The notes beneath the pieces were generated by a model. That model ran no database searches and had not been told where the DNA came from. It worked only from the letters and a program-made list of their open reading frames with translations. A DNA stretch of 64,000 nucleotides from Nemertoderma westbladi (lineage: Eukaryota; Animalia; Xenacoelomorpha). Shown in pieces: positions 54,963 to 64,000 of this stretch. Within the stretch, counting starts at the first letter, position 1; each line of letters opens with the position of its first letter. The DNA lies in the NCBI GenBank assembly GCA_032718475.1, contig JAUCBJ010009095.1:25511-89510 (forward strand), in the 5' to 3' direction. The position numbers and the translations under genes are program-made.

Positions 54963-55784
54963 ATGATTGAGTTGATAGAAGATGATCTTGGTATCAGGGA
55001 GCGATATACTCTACCTTTACAAGCGTTTGTTGATAGCTTGATACGCGGCGACGCTGGTCCAACTGCTGCGGAGGACGATGGTCGTTATATCGAACCGCCA
55101 ATGTCCCAGGAGCAGCTCACGCGTGAGTTGGACTATAGGAAATTCACCGCTCGCTATACGCATCGTAATGGTACGTATGTGGACTTCTTAACTACTGGTC
55201 ATCCTATCGACCTACATGATACGGACGATATAGACACCGAAAGGGAAATGGTTTTATTTAAATATCATACCCAGTGGAAGCGGAACGATAAACTGAGACT
55301 CGAACACGAAAATTCTATTCGAAACCGACTCGAAAGTGAAGATGTTGAAGAGCCGGATAAACGCAGCAACTTCACCAAATACCTGTAATTTTTAAGAGAA
55401 ACCTATCTCGATATTACCAGTCAACAGAATCTAGAAACTCGGTATCCTCAAGGTATACATCATGACCGCATGGTAGAACTCAAACGGCTCTATTCCACTA
55501 TGATGTATCTTACCGCCGATCAACCGCTACCTGTTGTACCGGATAGCTTCGAACAGATGAAGGAATATTGTAAGCTGGAGAAAGATTGCTCGCGTTTCCC
55601 TTACCAGACGTGCGTTTTTGGTATTATTGCGATGAATGCCCAAGACCCACCCAACAAACGGAAAGACACAAACATCCGCGGAGACGTTGCTTTAAACACG
55701 GTTTTACTCGCTATATTTATGGGAGTTTCGAGCAAAACTTGTTCGATGTATCACCTACGCTCGTTCGACTCAGATGATCCTTAA
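54963..55784 (+). pseudogene. Additional decayed ORF of unknown function between pol and the 3' LTR
   Basis: Track ORFs 54963..55388 and 55470..55784 share a frame and are separated by a single TAA (55386-55388), with open codons in between. Coding-like sequence continues in a shifted frame past 55781 (LNKPMIRVSEYSIRPP...). Confidence 0.6.
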
Positions 55785-56552
55785 ATAAACCAATGATCAG
55801 AGTTTCGGAATACTCGATCAGACCTCCTCATTCCCTAGTGAGACCTCAGACTCTTGATCCTATTAGTATGACGGATCCTCCCGAGCTGTACTCACTGCTC
55901 AAAGATCTAGTGTTACCTGAACAATTAGTCGGTGGCACCCGGTTGTGGGCTTCCTAGATATTAGACCATCCTACCTAGCCGGATTGGGACGCAGACATTT
56001 AATATCGCCGTTTAACCCTTACCATCGTCCCGGCTTAACACGATATAACCTGTCACCAAAGTGGCGGAGAGCGTTGTACCAAATGAGTTAGACGCTATTA
56101 TACAAAGATCAGAAAAGGAACTTACGCTTGTTCAGATAAACGTAAATTGCACTAGCAAGTCCAAGCGGTAAACAAAGTAACTATATCTCAGTTCGATCGG
56201 GAAATCCAGAATCTCTAAGAAGTTATCGAACTTGGACGACCCTATTCTCTGCGAGAGTTTTTGGATGAACGTATCCAGCTACGAGCGGAGGAAAATCAGC
56301 TCGAGGAGAAGCATATCGAAACGGCGGATACCCCGACCATAATCCTACACCTTCTGATGCAATCATATTGCACCCTTCACCCAGGATTTATAGTCCTCCT
56401 AGTAAAGTGGCTCACCCCAAAGAGCAAAGGACTCTTGCTAGCCTCAAAAAACTACGTAAACGCCGTCCGCGTAAGAAAGGCTAACTGTTTAGAGTATTTT
56501 TATATTTTAGAAACTGTGATTTGTTATATTTTATAGACTTAAATCCCATTTT

Positions 56553-56562
56553 CTGGGAGCGG
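56553..56562 (+). promoter_or_regulatory. Short polypurine tract (CTGGGAGCGG) before the 3' LTR
   Basis: G-rich tract immediately 5' of TGTAAAGG, preceded by a T run. Confidence 0.7.
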
Positions 56563-58109
56563 TGTAAAGGCTTTTGCGTAATTAGATGGTTATTTTCCCC
56601 GTAAAGTACTCTGTAGTTGATTTAACAGGCATAAAGGCCGTGTCCTTACTGTACTGTTGTTTTAGAGGACATAAAAGTCATTTCTTCTGTATGTGTACTT
56701 TAGCGGACATAATCCGACATTTTATGACGCAATATGCCGGATCCTCTTGAAACAGTGTCGCTACCATGACGACGGCTAACAGCTGATATTGCCACGTAGA
56801 ACATCTCTTTGTTCTTTGTTCTCTCTTTGTTCGGTCAACCAATCAGAGCGTTTTTTGCCTCTGTGTTGGATGGTAGATAGAAACTCGTGGAGTTGAATCA
56901 GTATGTGATTTCGTCCACAGCCTACAACACCGGCGTGGAACCTCCGTGTTTCAATCTTTAGTTCAACATTAGTAGGCTTAATTATAGAACGTATATCCGT
57001 TATCTTACATACCAAACCTTAACATATCATACATATCTTACTCAATTCAATTCAATTCAATTCAATTATATTAACCTTAAAACTTTAGCCAGCATGCTGG
57101 ACTAAAGGCAGTGAAATGGCACCGAAGTTACACATTAAACTGATAGTTTAAAAGGTCAAAGTCAGCGGGCTGGATGGACTTGGTCCATCTTCTATGTACG
57201 TGTTGACACAATATAATTTGTAAATAATACGACACTAAACAATAGAATAAGATATTTACTGTACACATTACAACCGTACTTAGTTAACTAAAGGTGTATG
57301 GTTAAATAAAACTACGTGCATGGGCCAGGCTCAGCCATACATAAACTATTAACGTACTATCGCATTATCAACCCGTATTATCATGCCCATCCCATGCATA
57401 AACATGCACTTTCGCACACCCCACACATACCATGCTTACTTAACATTACTGCTGTTGCTGTCTGTTATTCATTATATTTGTTGATGAAATATTATATTGG
57501 AATACTGATCAATAGTCAGACACCCCAATCTTCTTGATATACTAAAGGTTAGAGAGACCGGTTACATATAAACGATTGCGACTTATGTTAAGTGGTTTGA
57601 AGTGAATCTAATGCTATTTTATAGGCCCTACATGTATTGTCTGTTATTCTCTTTGTATGTGACTAAAATTAGTAAAGGTCGGCAGATTGGTGTGCAGCAT
57701 TGTGCAGCATTGTGTATGATTGTGATTGATAACGAAGCATTTCCTAAAGAATGCGCCATATACGTGAATCTATAGCCATCCCGTTGCGTCTGGTTTAAGT
57801 CATAACTCTGTTTATATATTTAGAGAGCCACGTCCTAAAGGAACTGTTAATATTTCCCGAAAGTGAATAATATTTGTCAGAGATTATATATATTACGATC
57901 AGTCGAATAATACAGTAGACCTACCCCGCAATACGATTAGGCTTCCAAATCCAGTCTCCCAGGTATATCCAGCGGGTGAATGATCGCGCATAGACTGGTT
58001 TCGGCTAATGTAGTGTATCAAATATTTGTCGTAGGCTAAAGACTATCTATTATCTAGAAGACATCCTAATTTGGCAGGTTAAACTGCTAAAGGTCTGAAA
58101 GCGCGAACA
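56563..58109 (+). repeat. 3' LTR (1547 bp = 1139 bp + 398-bp insertion including its TSD + 10-bp TGTGCAGCAT duplication)
   Basis: Colinear with the 5' LTR at offset 14852 up to 57042 and resumes at 57441. Confidence 0.97.
57043..57434 (-). mobile_element. Short, probably 5'-truncated non-LTR retroelement (LINE 3' end or SINE) inserted in the 3' LTR
   Basis: Absent from the 5' LTR. 6-bp TSD CTTACT (57037-57042, 57435-57440). Minus-strand 3' end has a stem-loop (CTTTAGTCCAGCATGCTGGCTAAAG) followed by an (AATTG)n tail. Confidence 0.85.
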
Positions 58110-61100
58110 TAATCCCCACCCCCTTAATTAATTCACACCCCCTTAATTAATACATACCCCCTTAATTAATCCACACCCCCTTAATTAATCCACACCCCCT
58201 TAATTAATTCACACCCCCTTAATTAATCCACACCCCCTTAATTAATCCACACCCCCTTAATTAATTCACACCCCCTTAATTAATTCACAACCCCTTAATT
58301 AATCCACACCCCCTTAATTAATTCACCCCCCCTTAATTAATCCACACCCCCTTAATTAATCCACACCCCCCTTAATTATTCCACACCCCCTTAATTAATC
58401 CACAACCCCTTAATTAATCCACAACCCCTTAATTAATCCACACCCCCTTAATTAATCCACACCCCCTTAATTAATCCACACCCCCTTAATTAATTCACAC
58501 CCCCTTAATTAATCCACACCCCCTTAATTAATCCACAACCCCTTAATTAATCCACACCCCCTTAATTAATTCACACCCCCTTAATTAATCCACACCCCCT
58601 TAATTAATCCACAACCCCTTAATTAATCCACACCCCTTAATTAATCCACACCCCCTTAATTAATTCCACAACCCCTTAATTATTCCACAACCCCTTAATT
58701 AATCCACACCCCCTTAATTAATCCACAACCCCTTAATTAATCCACAACCCCTTAATTAATCCACACCCCCTTAATTAATCCACACCCCCTTAATTAATCC
58801 ACACCCCCTTAATTAATCCACACCCCCTTAATTAATCCACACCCCCTTAATTAATCCACACCCCCTTAATTAATCCACACCCCCTTAATTAATCCCCACC
58901 CCCTTAATTATTCCACAACCCCTTAATTAATTCACACCCCCTTAATTAATCCACACCCCCTTAATTAATCCACACCCCCTTAATTAATTCACACCCCCTT
59001 AATTAATTCACACCCCCTTAATTAATCCACACCCCCTTAATTAATCCACACCCCCTTAATTAATCCACAACCCCTTAATTAATCCACACCCCCTTAATTA
59101 ATCCACAACCCCTTAATTAATCCACACCCCCTTAATTAATCCCCACCCCCTTAATTAATCCACAACCCCTTAATTAATCCACACCCCCTTAATTAATCCA
59201 CACCCCCTTAATTAATCCACACCCCCTTAATTAATCCACACCCCCTTAATTAATCCACACCCCCTTAATTAATCCACACCCCCTTAATTAATCCACACCC
59301 CCTTAATTAATTCACACCCCCTTAATTAATTCACACCCCCTTAATTAATCCACACCCCCTTAATTAATCCACACCCCCTTAATTAATCCACACCCCCTTA
59401 ATTAATCCCCACCCCCTTAATTAATCCACACCCCCTTAATTAATCCACACCCCCTTAATTAATCCACACCCCCTTAATTAATCCACACCCCCTTAATTAA
59501 TCCACACCCCCTTAATTAATCCACACCCCTTAATTAATCCACACCCCCTTAATTAATTCACACCCCCTTAATTAATCCACACCCCCTTAATTAATCCACA
59601 CCCCCTTAATTAATCCACACCCCCTTAATTAATCCACAACCCCTTAATTAATCCACAACCCCTTAATTAATCCACACCCCCTTAATTAATCCACACCCCC
59701 TTAATTAATCCACACCCCCTTAATTAATCCACAACCCCTTAATTAATTCACAACCCCTTAATTAATCCACACCCCCTTAATTAATCCACAACCCCTTAAT
59801 TAATCCACACCCCCTTAATTAATCCACAACCCCTTAATTAATCCACAACCCCTTAATTAATCCACACCCCCTTAATTAATCCACAACCCCTTAATTAATC
59901 CACACCCCCTTAATTAATCCACACCCCCTTAATTAATCCACACCCCCTTAATTAATCCACACCCCCTTAATTAATCCACACCCCCTTAATTAATCCACAC
60001 CCCCTTAATTAATCCACACCCCCTTAATTAATCCACACCCCCTTAATTAATCCCCACCCCCTTAATTAATCCACACCCCCTTAATTAATCCACACCCCCT
60101 TAATTAATCCACACCCCCTTAATTAATCCACAACCCCTTAATTAATTCACACCCCCTTAATTAATCCACACCCCCTTAATTAATCCACACCCCCTTAATT
60201 AATCCACACCCCCTTAATTAATCCACACCCCCTTAATTAATCCACACCCCCTTAATTAATCCACACCCCCTTAATTAATCCACAACCCCTTAATTAATCC
60301 ACACCCCCTTAATTAATCCACACCCCCTTAATTAATCCACACCCCCTTAATTAATCCCCACCCCCTTAATTAATCCACACCCCCTTAATTAATCCACACC
60401 CCCTTAATTAATTCACACCCCCTTAATTAATCCACACCCCCTTAATTAATCCACACCCCCTTAATTAATCCACACCCCCTTAATTAATCCACACCCCCTT
60501 AATTAATCCACACCCCCTTAATTAATTCACACCCCCTTAATTAATCCACACCCCCTTAATTAATTCACACCCCCTTAATTAATCCACACCCCCTTAATTA
60601 ATCCACAACCCCTTAATTAATCCACACCCCCTTAATTAATCCACACCCCCTTAATTAATCCACACCCCCTTAATTAATCCACACCCCCTTAATTAATCCA
60701 CACCCCCTTAATTAATCCACACCCCCTTAATTAATCACACCCCTTAATTAATTCACACCCCCTTAATTAATTCACACCCCCTTAATTAATCCACACCCCC
60801 TTAATTAATCCACAACCCCTTAATTAATCCACACCCCCTTAATTATTCCACAACCCCTTAATTATTCCACAACCCCTTAATTAATCCACACCCCCTTAAT
60901 TAATCCACACCCCCTTAATTAATCCACAACCCCTTAATTAATCCACAACCCCTTAATTAATTCACAACCCCTTAATTAATCCCACCCCCTTAATTAATCC
61001 ACAACCCCTTAATTAATCCACAACCCCTTAATTAATCCACAACCCCTTAATTAATTCACAACCCCTTAATTAATCCACACCCCCTTAATTAATTCACACC

Positions 61101-63442
61101 CCCTTAATTAATCCACAACCCCTTAATTAATCCACAACCCCTTAATTAATTCACACCCCCTTAATTAATCCCCACCCCCTTAATTAATCCACAACCCCTT
61201 AATTAATCCACAACCCCTTAATTAATCCACAACCCCTTAATTAATTCACAACCCCTTAATTAATCCACACCCCCTTAATTAATCCACACCCCCTTAATTA
61301 ATCCACAACCCCTTAATTAATCCACAACCCCTTAATTAATTCACACCCCCTTAATTAATCCCCACCCCCTTAATTAATCCACAACCCCTTAATTAATTCA
61401 CAACCCCTTAATTAATCCCCACCCCCTTAATTAATCCACAACCCCTTAATTAATCCACAACCCCTTAATTAATCCACAACCCCTTAATTAATTCCACAAC
61501 CCCTTAATTAATCCACACCCCCTTAATTAATCCACACCCCCTTAATTAATCCACAACCCCTTAATTAATCCACACCCCCTTAATTAATCCACACCCCCTT
61601 AATTATTCCACAAACCCTTAATTAATCCACAACCCCTTAATTAATCCACAACCCCTTAATTAATCCACACCCCCTTAATTAATCCACAACCCCTTAATTA
61701 ATCCACAACCCCTTAATTAATCCACACCCCCTTAATTAATCCACAACCCCTTAATTAATCCACAACCCCTTAATTAATCCACAACCCCTTAATTAATCCA
61801 CACCCCCTTAATTAATCCACAACCCCTTAATTAATCCACAACCCCTTAATTAATCCACAACCCCTTAATTAATTCACACCCCCTTAATTAATCCACACCC
61901 CCTTAATTAATTCACACCCCCTTAATTAATCCACACCCCCTTAATTAATCCACAACCCCTTAATTAATTCACAACCCCTTAATTAATCCCCACCCCCTTA
62001 ATTAATCCACAACCCCTTAATTAATCCACAACCCCTTAATTAATCCCCACCCCCTTAATTAATCCACAACCCCTTAATTAATCCACAACCCCTTAATTAA
62101 TCCACAACCCCTTAATTAATTCACACCCCCTTAATTAATCCACACCCCCTTAATTAATTCACACCCCCTTAATTAATTCACAACCCCTTAATTAATCCCC
62201 ACCCCCTTAATTAATCCACAACCCCTTAATTAATCCACAACCCCTTAATTAATCCACAACCCCTTAATTAATTCACACCCCCTTAATTAATCCACACCCC
62301 CTTAATTAATTCACACCCCCTTAATTAATCCACAACCCCTTAATTAATTCACACCCCCTTAATTAATCCACAACCCCTTAATTAATTCACACCCCCTTAA
62401 TTATTCCACAAACCCTTAATTATTCCACAACCCCTTAATTAATCCACACCCCCTTAATTAATCCACACCCCCTTAATTAATCCACACCCCCTTAATTAAT
62501 TCCACAACCCCTTAATTAATCCACACCCCCTTAATTAATCCACACCCCCTTAATTAATCCACAACCCCTTAATTAATCCACACCCCCTTAATTAATCCAC
62601 ACCCCCTTAATTAATCCACAACCCCTTAATTAATCCACACCCCCTTAATTAATTCACACCCACTTAATTAATCCACACCCCCTTAATTAATCCACACCCC
62701 CTTAATTAATCCACACCCCCTTAATTAATTCACACCCACTTAATTATTCCACAAACCCTTAATTAATCCACAACCCCTTAATTAATTCACACCCACTTAA
62801 TTATTCCACAAACCCTTAATTAATCCACAACCCCTTAATTAATTCACACCCCCTTAATTAATCCACACCCCCTTAATTAATCCACACCCCCTTAATTAAT
62901 CCACACCCCCTTAATTAATCCCCACCCCCTTAATTAATCCACACCCCCTTAATTAATCCACACCCCCTTAATTAATCCACACCCCCTTAATTAATCCACA
63001 CCCCCTTAATTAATCCACACCCCCTTAATTAATCCCCACCCCCTTAATTAATCCACACCCCCTTAATTAATCCACACCCCCTTAATTAATCCACACCCCC
63101 TTAATTAATCCACACCCCCTTAATTAATCCACACCCCCTTAATTAATCCACACCCCCTTAATTAATTCACACCCCCTTAATTAATCCACACCCCCTTAAT
63201 TAAACCACACCCCCTTAATTAATCCACACCCCCTTAATTAATCCCCACCCCCCTAATTAATCCACACCCCCTTAATTAATTCACACCCCCTTAATTAAAC
63301 CACACCCCCTTAATTAATCCACACCCCCTTAATTAATCCCCACCCCCCTAATTAATCCACACCCCCTTAATTAATCCCCACCCCCCTAATTAATCCACAC
63401 CCCCTTAATTAATCCCCACCCCCCTAATTAATCCCCACCCCC
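58110..63442. repeat. 19-bp tandem satellite TTAATTAATCCACACCCCC, right arm (about 280 copies)
   Basis: Directly visible; resumes in register after the TAATC TSD. Confidence 0.98.
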
Positions 63443-64000
63443 TGTGACGGGATCAGAGATCCCGACCGGGTAGGTTGTTTATACGCGTCACCGCAGGCTT
63501 TAAGATGGTATTGATTGCTTGGCCGAGGCCGTTGGAGAAAAGCGTTCAGAGTTTTGATGTTATTCCTTGCGTTGTAATATATATATAATAATAGCAGCAC
63601 AATAAAGATTGTATATGTCTGATACCGGTAATGGTGATGTATGATGACAGCCGATATACGATGACGGTGAACAATGTTACCGGTATGCACTGAAACTGGG
63701 TAACTAACTAACTGAATCACAAACCGGTAACGGAAGGTAATATATGATTGATATACCAATATTGCTTTACCTCCTACGCTACTTTGGCCTGTTACCTAAT
63801 GGATGCTCTTCTGTGCCCTATCACGTGCTTTTCTCCGCCTTATTGGCAAATATCCTACTTGTCACCCTGGCACTCTCTGGGAGTGTTTCCCCTCTGCTGC
63901 TAGCCTCTACTAGCTGTGTCCCCTCCGAGGTGGTTTGACCTCTAACCTTCCTTTGTGCGTGGCTTCGGGGTGTGACGGGATCCAGGAGGGATCCCGATTT
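63443..64000. mobile_element. Probable terminus of another LTR-type element at the end of, or inserted in, the 19-bp satellite (cut by the window edge)
   Basis: Abrupt switch from satellite to TGTGACGGGATC..., a TG-starting LTR-like end. The other end and a TSD are not visible. Confidence 0.45.

Larger units (their letters stand above)
41711..58109 (+). mobile_element. Full-length BEL/Pao (Belpaoviridae) LTR retrotransposon, 16.4 kb, inserted in the 19-bp satellite
   Basis: TG...CA LTRs at 41711-42849 and 56563-58109. 5-bp TSD TAATC (41706-41710, 58110-58114). Gag-PR-RT-RH-IN order with BEL/Pao-type motifs. Confidence 0.97.

Noticed and set aside
58110-63442. True telomere
   Set aside because: The array is internal, bounded by non-repeat sequence on both sides, apparently intronic, and the unit is not a canonical telomeric repeat.
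63424-63938. ORFs 63424..63759(-) and 63744..63938(+)
   Set aside because: Short, no recognisable motifs, within probable LTR-like non-coding sequence.

Overview
Eukaryotic (probably metazoan) genomic DNA. Reading the minus strand by hand gives five phase-compatible coding exons (39984-39880, 39650-39499, 36491-36323, 35886-35710, 35524-35437) of a host gene whose spliced product resembles the C-terminal region of VWA7-like secreted proteins. The rest of the window appears to lie in introns of this gene. (i) 1-35459 is a >35 kb array of a 41-bp unit with a 100-N gap; the unit is the gene's own exon/intron junction, so the intron begins with about 860 tandem copies of the 5' splice site. (ii) A decayed APE+RT (RTE-like) LINE sits in what was a ~63-bp intron and carries a minisatellite-bearing MITE-like insert. 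(iii) A 19-bp G/C-skewed satellite is split by a 16.4-kb BEL/Pao LTR retrotransposon (41711-58109; TSD TAATC; LTRs about 99% identical; gag-pol with 2 stops and 2 frameshifts; an extra decayed ORF after integrase; a truncated non-LTR insert in the 3' LTR). The satellite ends at a probable second LTR element at 63443. The BEL/Pao element has no tRNA-type (TGG) primer-binding site; the 12 nt after its 5' LTR are the exact reverse complement of a 12-mer inside the LTR, the signature of Tf1-type self-primed reverse transcription. All alignments and counts were made by eye.
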